From NCBI GenBank assembly GCA_004022145.1, contig RCNU01000002.1: a DNA stretch of 64,000 bases. One strand, written 5' to 3'. This document shows, piece after piece, positions 47,287 to 60,047 of the stretch. Source of the DNA: Paecilomyces variotii. Its lineage: Eukaryota. The notes beneath the pieces were generated by a model. The model saw only the letters and a list, made by a program, of their open reading frames with translations, did no database searches and was not told where the DNA came from. Each line of letters begins with the position of its first letter. Position 1 is the first letter of the stretch. Both the position numbers and the translations under genes were made by a program.

Positions 47287-50200
47287 GGTTTCGCGACGCA
47301 GGCCTGTCGATTCATCTGCACATACACATATAGCAGCTCTAGTTGACGATCAGGAACACGACAGCGGTGGCCTGTTCGGGTCCGTTGACGGCTCCGGGGA
47401 ACAGTAATGGAGTTGGAAGCGTTTAGACCAGGGGAGCGGCCACCAACACAAGGCCACCGGCCTGAGAGTTCAACGGTTCGGGCAACAAAGAAACCTTGGA
47501 GAGACTTCGGGGATACAGAGACAAAGTCGCTCGCGTGGGGTGGCTGGGGAATGGCGGAGAACGGCGGCACCACGGGGAATTCCTTCTAGACGAGGAGAAC
47601 AGGTCTTGGAGGGGCTGTGGGCGGAGGGGCACGTCACTCTCCCATGGCCTGAAGGCGAGGAGATACAAAGAGTACGGCTGGAAGAGAACCCAGCTCTACA
47701 GAAAGAGAGAAGGTCGAGGGGAATGGAAGATGCTCAGCAGAGCGTTTCTGGAAGATCAGGCGGGGTGCCAGTCCAGCCGAGAGGCGGATGTTTTGCGGAT
47801 TTACGACCCGGGGGAGGGGGGTCATGTTCAGTTCAGTGACTTTCTCGTCTGTCCTCTCTTGTCTCTCCCCTCGACGCTGACCTTGTCCTACCTCAGCGTC
47901 CCGACCAGCGATCCCTGGTGTCGAACAGGTCATCCGCAAGCTCCAGCACATCGCCCGCGTCTGGGACCTCCGCGAGCGAAAGACAGAGCGAACGAGATGC
48001 GGGAACCATCGATGAACATCATGTCATGTGTCGCGATTCCAGGATATACTCGCTTGACCTAGTAAGTAAGAGGGGCTCAGCAGTCCAAGCGATCCAGGAT
48101 CATCTTTTGAATCGGAGATTTTCCTGCATCTCTCGCACCATCCAGCGGCAGCGATGCAGGCAGCAAGATCGAACCAGCACTGCTGAAGAACGACTGGAAG
48201 CTCAAGCCAGGGGGTCAACAACAACCAGAAGACCTTTGAAGGAATCCAGCGAGTCTTTTAAGGGCCTCCGTGCAACCACTATTTCTCTCCCTGACTGCCG
48301 GCGGCACGATAACAACATCATTGCTTGCCGTAACCCGGTCATATCATTTTAGATCGAGCTGACCGCTTCCATCAAGACTCGAATAATCCCAACATGTCAG
48401 CCGAGGCAGGGAAGCCATCTAAGTATGCCCCAGTCTATGGTACATACATCGCTCGGATAGTTAGCACTTCGATTTAGCTCTAGCGAAGTAACTAACTTCG
48501 CAGTGGACGCCTGGACGGTCATTATTGACTAAGCTAGATCCTGGTTGAGATGTGCGCTACCCGTAGCTAAAGCATGCCAACGAAGAGTATTAATTATTAC
48601 CCACACGTACGTTGGCGAGGGGCCGAGGGCAGAAGTAAATACTGTCGCGGATATTCTTCTTCTCTTGTTTACTTCGATCTTAGCCTTTCCGTTCCACTAC
48701 GATCTTCGTCCATTCCTTACTTTTTGACTACTCTATTTCGACTTTTTAAAGAATTACACCAAACTACCTAGTCACCAGCAGGTAGTTATGGGCTTAGTTG
48801 AGTAAGTATTGGAGCTACCGCTCTTTTGAGAGTAAACATGACGGTGCGAGGCCCGAGCACTTTGGCAACTTGGTATCCATAGCTAAGGCAAACAAGTCAA
48901 TTCGCGCCCAACACGCTGGAGATTCGATCTCCATACTAGTTAAATCACAACAACAATAATACTATACCGATGGCAACGACCCAGTGCTTTTGTGGGGAGC
49001 AGAGCTGTCGTGGCGAATGCATACAGAAGACGGAGACCCACAGACCACCTAGCAGCAACAAGCTTCCGCTTTCAATTTATTGTCAACAACAGTCGGTCAC
49101 AATATTAGAATGACCGATGAATGCACAGCCTGTATAGATACTAGACATAATGTTTGACTTCTGAGGACTACGCAGACTCAGTATTATGGTTGTTAGGCCA
49201 GTCTAAATAGATGCGGCTGATTTGGATCGTTGAGGGCCTGGTAACTGTTCTCATCTTGAAAAGTTCCCACCAGATGTCATGTTTGGGTGACTGTGAAGAG
49301 CCAATTAGTAGGTTCAGTAATTATTACACACCGTATGAGCATTTGGACCTGCTCACTACTACGTAGTTACTGAATGAAAAGAAGCCCGGCTGTCTAAGCT
49401 AGTCAAGCGTACGGAGCCAAGCGGAGATATCGATGCTTCCTTTCGTCGACCTATCTCTAGACCAACTGGCTTGGGTTCATAGTCCGTCTAGTTCGTCTCT
49501 CTACAGCCTGCTATAAGCCTCACCGACATATCTGGCAGAGTTGGAGAATTTTCCAGTTGCGACACTCAATGATCACGATGCGATGGATCAGTGCATAGTA
49601 TTACTGCATACAGCAAAAACATTGACGACTTACTTGCGGACTAACCGAGCAGCTTTTTCTAAAGCGTGCACGCTGGCTGGTCCTATAATTAGGGGATGAG
49701 AAAGATTTGTCCAAGCTAAGAATTATGTAGTTCAAAATCCCATGTCATCTTTATTATTCATCACAATAATAATCCTAGTAGGCTGGCATGTTGCCACATC
49801 GGGTCTTCAGGTTGATCGCGCTTAGCCTTGAAAAGACCTGGAAGACATCGACTGTCTGAATTGGGAATTGCTTTTTCGTAAATAGTACCTTGCCATTGTG
49901 AAAATGTCTTAATTCGTCTCCGTACCATGCACTGGCCTTCTGGACATGTTGCTTGATTGGGGGTTTTAGGTCCCTCGAAACGGTCTCGGTCACAACGTCG
50001 AGACAAGCGTTTTGAGCTTGCGCGAACCCCCCGGCTCATTCCTAGAAGTAGGCGCCTGCCCTACAACATTTGTCAATCTTGTTTATTAAGGGGACTTGTT
50101 TCTCTGCCGTGCTGTGCTATGCGGAAGTTGCTTGTTCCGTTCTGTCCTGCATGTTATGATTTGGTCGATTCGGACCGATCGACCGGTGGGATCGAGAACG

Positions 50201-51305
50201 CCTTGGTGCACTGCATGCCTCACGCCTAGCGAGTAGACGTCGCTTAGCACGGCTGTCTCTATTTCCCGATTAGAGCTCTCCTTGGGTTGAGAATTTTCTT
50301 TGATGATTTACCGTGGATCTACACCTTGCCCTTGGCCATAGTTGAGTGGGTTGTTTTGGTGCGGTCCGAACAATTGAAACAACGGGGTCTCTCTAAAATC
50401 ATCCGGCCGCTGGGGGGCCCAAGTCTCTACTCCGTAGGCTTCTTGACATTCTCCAAGATCTACAGAGATCTTCGTGAAACCTGTATGACGACTAACACTA
50501 TCTGCTATGCTGTTAGGCTTCGAAACAAGCTACGACGTTTTCTGGCTATAACAGAAAGGCTTAATTGTTTCGCGCAGTAGGTTTTGCGGAAATGCTGATA
50601 CTCACTCCGTTTTGGTCTCGCACGATCGACTCAGGGGTTTAAAACCAATTCCTCCACGCTTTTCTATAATCAGCCAGAACAATGTATCAAGCTCCCTCTC
50701 TGGGAAATGGGGGATTACTCTTTTGGCCGTGTTCTTCATGCAGTGCGCTCGATTGCCCAGCTGGCCATAGCCGTGTCCCACATTAGCTTGATAAGTCAAA
50801 CCTCCAGCGACCCAGAGATCATAGAAGGTATGGCACCAAGCCCCGAGCGCCTCCGCAAGGACGCTTTGATGTGGAAACAATTCGCACTCGAGGCAGCGCC
50901 ACTCTAATCGTCATGCATCAAAAGCCGGAGTCTAAGGGGCGGACGTCAGACCGCTAGCACACCTACTGAGAGGAAATCTAGTAAATAAAGAGACAGAGAT
51001 AGACTCGTTTTTTCGCTGTCTGTTACTTTCCAAGACCATCGAGGTGATTGGTTCTGAGAAGACTTCTAGTCTGTTTTTACAGCTCCATCTTTTCTTCTTT
51101 TCTCCCACCGGTTGGGCTAATTCACATTCTTTATAATCCTTTTGATTGCTGTCTTGACGACTCTGTTCTTCTTGTCTCTTTCAAACCCACCTCTGCAGGT
51201 TCAATTGAACTTTATCGTTGCAGTTGGATAGCGAAAAGAAACCATCAGGATTCGCATTCACTAGGTCGTGATCAGAGAGCAATTTGAATCTTATAGCATA
51301 TCAAT

Positions 51306-52377
51306 ATGTCACCTTCAATCAGCGCACCTGTCGCTGGTCCTATGCAGTATGGACCATTTGAGCCATCAGCATCGAGCAGCCACAGGGGTCAATCTGATTG
51401 TAGAATCCACAAACATCACCGGAAGACTTCCACCGGTGGTGGCCGGGCATGGACGGAGGAAGAGGTATGTTCTGTAGCTTTGGAGTTTCACCGAGCTTCT
51501 AGCTAACGATAAATAGGAAGCCTACCTACTGCGAACCCGTCTTCACAAGATGCCGTACAAGCATATAGCAACTCATCTGAAGAAGACAGAACTGGCTTGT
51601 CGACTCCACTACCACCAGATGTCTTATGGCAGCAACCGTCGCAAGCGAACAGACTCTGTGTCTTCTACCGGCTCTTATTCTTCTTATGTCGGCCCACGAG
51701 ACGAGATCTTGGAGAACGCAACTTATACGCGTCTATCTCCCGTCCCGTCTCCTCCCTCCAGTCCTGAGTATGGCCCAGGAAAGAGCCTCATCTGCGAATC
51801 GAATTGCCAACAATCTCGGGCACATGTGCCAATTCTTCCCAAACCTGACTCCTCCGCTGTACGATCTTTCCAATCGACGCCAGCGGATATGCTGAAGTCA
51901 CTGCGTCTCGATACCTCATTTACGACGACTCAGCCGTACAGACATCAGATGCAGTCAACACAGGTCAACCCTGTGCGTCTTCGGGCTATCTATGATGCCC
52001 ATCGTGATTCATTCTGGTCTTTGATCGCCTCAGAGTACTCCCAGGGCGTCTCTTTCTCCCCTCGTCAACTTGAGGAAGCGTTCTTCAATACGACACTGCC
52101 TCCTACAACAATCCGTGCTCCATCTCCCCCAACTCCGGGGTCGAGCCCTCGTGACACTGCATCAGCTATCTACCATCCTCTCAACCAATCTATCTTTCAC
52201 GCAGCGGGAAGCCGAGGATTCCAGGCAGTCAATGGCAGCTCCCAGGCGCCAACACGTACTGCGAGTCCCGCCGTGAGCACCCCTAGTTCCGTCGAGCGGT
52301 GTGCAGTCTCTGCGTTGTTGACTGTGGAAAAAGAAGTCAGACCGTCAAGGGACACTTGCCTGGAAACGAATGCTTGA
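51306..52377 (+). CDS. Myb/SANT-like protein (Myb gene C)
   Basis: GGRAWTEEE|EAYLLRTRLHKMPYKHIATHLKKTELACRLHYHQM across intron 51465-51516. Later helical segment RLRAIYDAHRDSFWSLIASEY. C-terminal CAVSALLT motif. Confidence 0.85.
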
Positions 52378-53688
52378 TTATTTCCAGACATCCTGTTCCT
52401 TATGAGATATTGAGTCTGAAATGTTCTAGGCAGGAGGTTTGCTGTGCAGACTTTTCCATTACGACCTTGGATTTTTATGAAGGTGCTTTCATGACATGCA
52501 AATGGTATCTACGAGTCTGTCAGGGTAACTGGGTTCACTCTGATCTCACCTGCATACGGGTGCGGGTATAGCTCTTTTCTGGGCTTTTCATTTACTGTAA
52601 CGGTTTAATTGCGGTTTAATTGTTTTGTTTACTTTATTTCCCCGGGGTACATGGCCTTGGTGCGCTTTGTACATGTGCGTTTCTTGTCAGTCATGATGAA
52701 AGGCAGTTCTTGTGCGTTTATTTCATTTTGGAAGACGCGATGGTATCGCTCGATGTCAGATACACCACTTTTTCCTTTCGTTGGGGTTAGATTTGCAGTG
52801 TAGCTAGTGGCAGGCATTCGGGGCTTGCTGCCACCAGAGCATATTTAATATGTTATTATTTTCGTACTCTATTTTTCTAGTCGATAACACTAGAGGCCGA
52901 CGATGAGGCCCAACTTCAAGCATCCATGGGCACCCTTTAGCGGGAACGGATAGATAGTCTAGAGTCTAGACTGTAGTTTTATCTGTTTCACCGCTCTTAT
53001 CCATGGGCTGGGCGACTGGGCACGTGATTGCCGCGTGGCGCCCGCAGCTTCATACGCCATCCGTGCTTTAGCTTCCCAAAGCAGAAGGTCAGCTTGCTGG
53101 CGAGTCCGATGGCGCTGCCTATACACGAATCTCTGACTCCGTTTCTGTTTCATATCTCGATTGTCAGACAGATGCACTTCGAAAAACGATAATAGTCACC
53201 TCCATCATTGCATTGCGTACCTTAATACCTTCCATTATACAGCCCAGGAGATAACACGCGTTTGCATCGTTATCGGCTGGTTAACCCGCCGGAGACAGTG
53301 ACACATTCCCCGTCCTTGCATCTCCCTCCCTAGATAGATACTCGCACGAAACAAGGCGATTGTCGTTCCGTTTCCGAAACGCAGATCGGTTCTCAAAGCT
53401 TCCACTTGTCATTGACGATCGCTTGCGAACGTCAAAAGCATTATCCAGAACTCGTTCCTGAAACGACATCTATCCTTGTTCGTGAGACGCATCGCCTACC
53501 CTCTCTATCCGATTATTATTAGCTGGCAACCCCGTTCACTTCGAAGCTACGCAGGTAACGGCTTAGAAGCATAGAGAGGGGGTTCCAGACGCGTCATCGC
53601 TTTTACATCTTTCGCTATATCGTCAAGAGGGGGGTTTTGTCGAAATCACACTTCACTGAGAAGCATAAGGAACGGCAGGACCGGCGTC

Positions 53689-54788
53689 ATGTTCAATGTC
53701 TTTCGATTGTTAGGCGATCTGTCGCATATCTCATCTAAGTGTATCTTGATATGGGCGATTCACTGGAACAAGAGTGCAGAGGGTACGTGAGATCTTATAC
53801 CTGTCCTGCGCTTAGCCTTTAGATCTTCATACGGGCATGCTGACCTCCTTCGACTTACAGGGGTCTCCCTTCTGACGCAGATACTATACGCCTGTGTATT
53901 TGTCACTCGCTATCTTGATATATTCACTACGAGAATCGACAGCTGGGTGAAGACGTACAATCTGTTCTTCAAGATCTTTTACATCCTATCATCATTCTAT
54001 ATCATTCTCTTGATGACCAAGGTCTTCCCACGGACGAGGGAACGGGAAAAGGCGTGGAAGCTGGCACTGTGGTCGGTGATTGGTTCCCTCGTGTTGTCGC
54101 CAATAGCGATACTGGTCCTGGAACGGAATGAGACTCACCGCTCATGGTTCCGTGAGGTAAGTTGATTGCTTTCCCGCATCCGAATAGTACTGATTGCGTT
54201 GTCTTTATTCAGTATTGGTGGTCTTTCTCCATCATCCTCGAATCGGTCTGCGTGCTGCCGCAGCTCCTGCTACTCCGCCAGACAACGGTCCCTACCGTCA
54301 TCGATTCGTTCTATCTCCTGACGCTAGGATTATACAGAGGTCTCTACCTCTTGAACTGGATCGTGCGCTATGAATCAGAAAACTTCCGCGATCCAATTGC
54401 TGTAGTGTTCGGTATCGTGCAGACAGCTTTCTATATCGACTTCGCCTGGGTGTACTGGACGCGCCAACGGGTCAAGTTGCGACACGGCGGTATTGTCGAC
54501 TCGGAGGACCTCCGGAAGAGTTGGCTTGTCAACAAGGTTTTCAATTCGCGCGTCGCGCGGGCACGTAACGAGGAAGAGGAGGAGCACCTGGATGAAGAAA
54601 ATGGAGCAGGTGAAGAGGGCGCAAGCCGTCGTGCCGGAACCAACCGCTGGGGTGCCCGCGGTATCTCTGTCTCCGCTGATGATACCTTAGAGGGACACTC
54701 CCACTCGAAGAATCGAGACTCCGCCGATGAGGATGAGTTGGAGGGAATATTGGAGGACGAGGAATCACCGCATGACCGGGAACACTGA
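53689..54788 (+). CDS. ER lumen protein-retaining receptor family protein (Erd2/KDELR-like) with acidic C-terminal extension
   Basis: MFNVFRLLGDLSH...KSAEG|VSLLTQILYACVFVTRYLD...WSFSIILESVCVLPQL...LGLYRGLYLLNWIVRY...GIVQTAFYIDF. Introns 53783-53860 and 54157-54212. Confidence 0.9.
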
Positions 54789-56945
54789 CAGGAAGGTGTC
54801 TAACCACGATTAACCCTGCTAAGCCCGGTCATTGCGTACTATATTCCACTATACTTGGCTGTCCCATTTTTTGGATTTGGCAGTTTCTACGCATTGTCTT
54901 GGAGTTTTACATGATCTGTAGAATGAGCGGCATGATTTTTGATGAACTATATTTGGAAACCGAATGACAATCTCTATCTGTTGCTAATCCGCAACCCGGC
55001 ACAAGTAGAAATCCCAGTATGGCAGTGCATTTGCCATGTCCTGACGAGAAGCTATTTACGTCCATGCGATAGATCGCGAACAGGTTTTCCCACCTATGAA
55101 GATCAGAGCCCCAGACATCCGGGGTTTCGAGAGACTCAGAAATCGGCAAGATGGGATCAAGGGAGGCGCAGCAGATGATCTCCACGGAAGAGACGATTCT
55201 CTATTTTGGATGAAAGAGAGAGGTGGGTTGTAGAGAAAGACCTTTGACAGAGGGCCGGATCGTCCAAGCAGAGCTCGGGACACGTGCCGGCCCGGGCTTG
55301 TTGTCCTTTTGATCTTCGTTAAGCGCCGACAGACACACGGACATCCTCTCGAGTCTCCATTGAGTCCATTATTCCCTCTCGCCCGCACCGCACTGTGGGC
55401 CGACAAGACTCGAGTGAGATGCCGTGATCCTATCTACAAGTACTGACATCCACGAGAGCTTGCGATACTACTCTCTTGGACGACACGTGGGCTGTTCCCA
55501 GCTGAGGTATCCTCCCAGCACATCGACAGCGGAACTTGCGGCGACGCACCGTTGCTCAGCTCTGTCCACCGTGCAGATACAGTAAACCGTCTGGACTGGT
55601 TAAAAGGGCTGTGTTGGGGCCATTCTGGCCAGTCCAAACACCCTTGGTTCACAGCCCCATCGGAACTGAGCGCTTAACGGACATCGCGCTGAGGTCGGAT
55701 TATTGAACCCTGCGCTTACCCATTGGCCCTGCGGTATTCCCCTTCCTCTCTGGCTGACCACACCGCAGGAGCTGAAGACCATCTCAAAAGGTTGTTGACT
55801 AGTATCAGGGCCGACGGGAGCTAGGCGATCATAGTGGCCGCGATCCATGGGTCTGTTCGACGGGTATGATTACTTACTTCCAGCTTTATCGACCCTGATG
55901 CCGCTAAAGCTGCCGTCATTTCTTTATGGTATAAACCAATTTTGACTTGGCATGTGTTTTTTGACAGATGTCGTCTGGGAATGAAAGATAAGTCAGTTTC
56001 ATATCTCCCTGATCGCTGATTTTTCTCTACAATCGTGGTTTCTTTTGTCTGTTGCTTAGTAGTTTGCTTCGCCTTCTGACAACAATGGGTACCATTTTTA
56101 CCTGTGCCCCTGCTCTTAGAGCGACTCTTCCCTGGCATAGGACGATGGTCCCATTTTTGGAGGGGTTGACCGTTGAAGTCGCTAAAAGTTCCCCTGCCCA
56201 CTCCAGCGGCAATTGTCCTTTGACGATTTGGTCTTGCCATTTTAGCACCAAATCTTAACATGCTTGTTCTCTACCCCAGAGACTAGAGACCAGAGACCCT
56301 GACCACCCGGACTCTTGGGCTCGGATTTCCAGAGCCGTTCCTCTTCAGGTGTTGTGGGCCTATCTAGAGCTGCAGCTCCGGGGCTGGAGATTTCGCACTT
56401 GTTCTATGGAACGTTGCTTAATGTTGTCTATAGGCGGGCGCTTAACCGCAGAACACCTCGAGCCAGCAATATCGTTTCTCGGTCTTGCCCGTTGCGGCAC
56501 AGTTATTGACAGCGGCAAGAGCCTGACAGCTTTCGCTCTCTGGGTTTCTTTTAAAAAAAATGCATCGAGGTCTGGAGCCTGCCTTGCAAGGCGGTTTTGC
56601 TAGCTTCTGCCTCTTTTACAGTAACTCCACCAGAGGCGTCCGTGTGTACGGCGTTTGGCCCGTGGTGGATTATGTCTCTGATCTGAAGATCAACTATGTC
56701 TTTTTAAAGATCACATCTGTTATAAAGAGAAGGTTCTTTGGCCCCCGTTAAGATAACTCAATCCTGATTCTGTCGAAGGGTTGGATATCAGCCTTCATTT
56801 ATCTCTATACATTGCCTCTTCCATTGAATCCTCTTTTTGTTACCCTATTCCAGTCTTTATCTGTCTCCGTATCGTTGCAGTGAGGGGGCCATTTCCTCAC
56901 TCAACAGGTCTCTTCATGCTTTTGTTGAATAGCTGGGATCAGGAG

Positions 56946-58197
56946 ATGTCTTTCCCTCGCGGAAACGCTGGCTCTGAGGGCAGAACGGGAAGGATGGATG
57001 AGTATATGACGGATCTAGACCCTCGGTGGTCGAGCGTAGATGCTGTACGTAGTGCGAACCGGGAGAGGAGTCTTGATACTGATGACTTGTTTTGATATCC
57101 AGTCTCAATTCATAGGTGTCTCTCTTCCATACAGCGCGGCTGGTCACCCTTCGGCGGCAGCCTTGACTCCAATCAGTCTACCCGATAGCTCTTTTATCGA
57201 TACTGGCCCGAGTCCAGTACTGAGCCGGCACTCGCAGGAATATCATTATCAGCCCATCGGGGATCCTACTCCACAATACCATGGGCTAGGGATTACTGCA
57301 CCTTTCCCGGAAAACTTCCCCGTGCAAGCACCTGCGGGTTATGCTTTCACTCATGGAGGGCAAATTATTGACTATGACCCTACTTCAGCTGCGCGGACGA
57401 TCACATCACCACGAGGCCAGCGACCAAGGCCCGAGACCAAAACTGTAGCAACGCGAAGGGGCACGCCTGTCTCGATTCTTCCGCACCCAGAAGGACTTCG
57501 TCGCATGGAGCAGGAACGTCTCCACGGCCACATACCAGAATCACAGCCAAGAGAGCTCCGACGACCGCGAACCGGCACACGAGGTCGACGAGACCCTAAC
57601 GCAGACGAAGAGGACGACTTTGTGGAGCAGCTCCGAGAGCAGAATGTTGCCTGGAGAGTGGTTGCAGAGCGGTTCCGGGAGCGATTCCATAAAGACACTT
57701 CAGAGGCACGTCTCCAGATGCGGTTGCAGAGACGGCGCAAAGGTCGAGCGGCAATGTGGGATGAGGATGATGTGAGTACGTGTGTCGCCGCGACTTGCCC
57801 CTTTCTCACAGGAAGGCTGACCTAGATTCCACGTTCAGATTCGACTGCTAAGGAGAGCGTACGATTATTGGCAGGATAAAAAGTACACGATTATCGCGGA
57901 GAAGGTAAATCATCCTCCTCTAGATAAGAAAACATAGTCCTGTTGAATGATATAACATGACGTCGATGATACGATATCGTTATCGATAGCCATTACTGAC
58001 TCACCGGGCAGTTACAGGAATTAGGCGCGAAACGGCCATACACTGAGCAAGAATGCGAAGCGCAGCTGCGAATTGAGCTGGGCGAGGTCGTTGGCCCTTC
58101 AGATATCCATGCGCCTCCACGACCAGATGCGCAACGGCGTCGGAAACGAGCTAGTTTAAAGTCATCACGTCGAAGAGGGGAAGGTGGAGATGACTAA
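56946..58197 (+). CDS. Divergent Myb/SANT-like protein (Myb gene D)
   Basis: Introns 57045-57102, 57772-57838, 57905-58011. EEDDFVEQLREQNVAWRVVAERFRERF...SEARLQMRLQR, then WDEDD|IRLLRRAYDYWQDKKYTIIAEK|LQELGAKRPYTEQECE. Confidence 0.75.
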
Positions 58198-59055
58198 ATA
58201 AGACTCGTCTCTCTTTTGTTGTTCAGGTCTCCTTGTCCCTTTTCCATTCATTTTATTGTTCATTTCTTTTTTACCCCCGAGCGAGCCAATCTCGGTTACA
58301 CCACAGCACGCATTGTTTTGTTTCTTCTTTCCTATTTGAATGATAGCCTCCGGTATGAATTTTTACACTTCTTTTTTCGGATCCATATGGTCTCTCTTAT
58401 ATCATGGAGTGAATAAGGGGGCGTATACTCGAGTCTTTTTTTTTCTTCTTCTACTTCCACTACTCAACAACATACATTAGCGCATAGATCTATTTGCATT
58501 CTACTTTTTTTCTGCGTTGTGACTCTCTTTCTGAATCATAAAGCTTGATAGTCTCACATGCATACATACATACATACGTCTTACATTACATGTTGGAATA
58601 TATTCTATTCTCCTTTTACTATTCTTGATCCCTTGATGCGGGGCACTTATGCGGGGAGCGTGATGAGATATATAAGATTGGTGCGTATATGTATGTGGGA
58701 AAATAGCACTGGAGGACGAAAGGTAGGGCATATCATGTATATAGTCCCATGGCAGATTGGTTTTACTTATTACTAGTTGTGTATGAGGGAGAAGGGAGTT
58801 GAAGAAGATTGAAAAGACTCCTTCTTATATAACAGTGGTATGTATATCCCCACTAAATATATTGAGATGATTATTTACGTTAATGCATACATAAAATATA
58901 ATAACCGCCCCCGGAGTCTCGTGTACACCTCGCTTTCTATTCACATGTATCATGGTTCTGAAATACTCTATTCATTGGAGCGCACCTTCTCATAGATGAC
59001 TGTGGAATATATAGATAAAGAAGAAAAGACTCGGCCTGATTATAGGCAAGAGCAT

Positions 59056-60047
59056 CTATTGGTCTTTCGACTTCGCGCCCCTCTCCGACCAAGGGAAGTA
59101 GATAGCAGGGACGATAAAGAAACTGTTGCTATCGTCTGCAATACCTGATAGGGCGCACCACCAGGCTAGGAATGCAGCGAGGAGCGAAAAGAGTCCTCCG
59201 GCTTTGATCACATTTTTGTTTGGGTTCTCGTGTTCGTCGCGGTACATGTAGCCGATTCCGAGAAGGAAGAAGGCGACGTCGACGGTGAGGAAGAGAAGGA
59301 AGAAGGCTACGGTCGATTTGACGGTGCAGGTGAGTAATAGGAAGGTGAAGATGAACCAGCCCTGAGGGATTGATTAGTTCGGATTCTTTTCATTTTTTTT
59401 TTTATATCGCGGAGAAGAGAGGGCGGAGGATGGGGGATGTTGGAGACGACTTACGAATAAGAATAATGAGAAGGAGTCGTAGAACATTCCAACAGAGCCT
59501 TTATCGGCTTGCTCTAGTGAGGACATGATGCCGAATCCTCCAGGAGTGAAGATAATGCCTACTGCGATCCAGAAGCCGCCGTAGGAGGACAATGCAGTAG
59601 CACCGAATGTGTTGCCTGCGGCCATTTCCCTGTTGAGAGAACCCCGGTCAGAAAATCTATGTTGACGTCTGGGATGCAGAATTGAGTAAGTACTTACCAC
59701 ATCCCGGCGCAAAGCTGTACCAATCCACCGTAGGAATACGCAAGACCAACAATTATGTTTGGCTCCGTGATGTCTCGAGCGCCCATATTGATGCAACCCA
59801 GGACGAAGGTAGTGAGCGCGAAACCGCTCAATCCCAAAGGTGCTGGATTGGCGATCTTGCGCTCCTTAACTGGCCTGTACAGTCCAGGCTGGAACTCACC
59901 TCCAAAGGGAGGGAGGCGAGTACTGGTCGTGGTGACATGCGCTAGCGGGCCATAGTTGGCATAGAAGTTCGAGTCCCCGTTACCACTAGAACTCGTAGCG
60001 TTTGTCTCGCTCTTGTCCAAATTGGTTTGAGCCTCAAGGGTAGCCAT
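59056..60047 (-). CDS. GPR1/FUN34/YaaH (Ato/AcpA-like) acetate/ammonium transporter
   Basis: Family signatures FGGEFQPG, ANPAPLGLSGFALTTF, YGGLVQLCAGMW|E, NTFGATALSSYGGFW. Introns 59630-59697 and 59362-59454. Confidence 0.93.

Noticed and set aside
47400-51250. Short ORFs between divergent Myb genes B and C
   Set aside because: No domains or consistent splice structure. More plausibly long UTR and promoter sequence.
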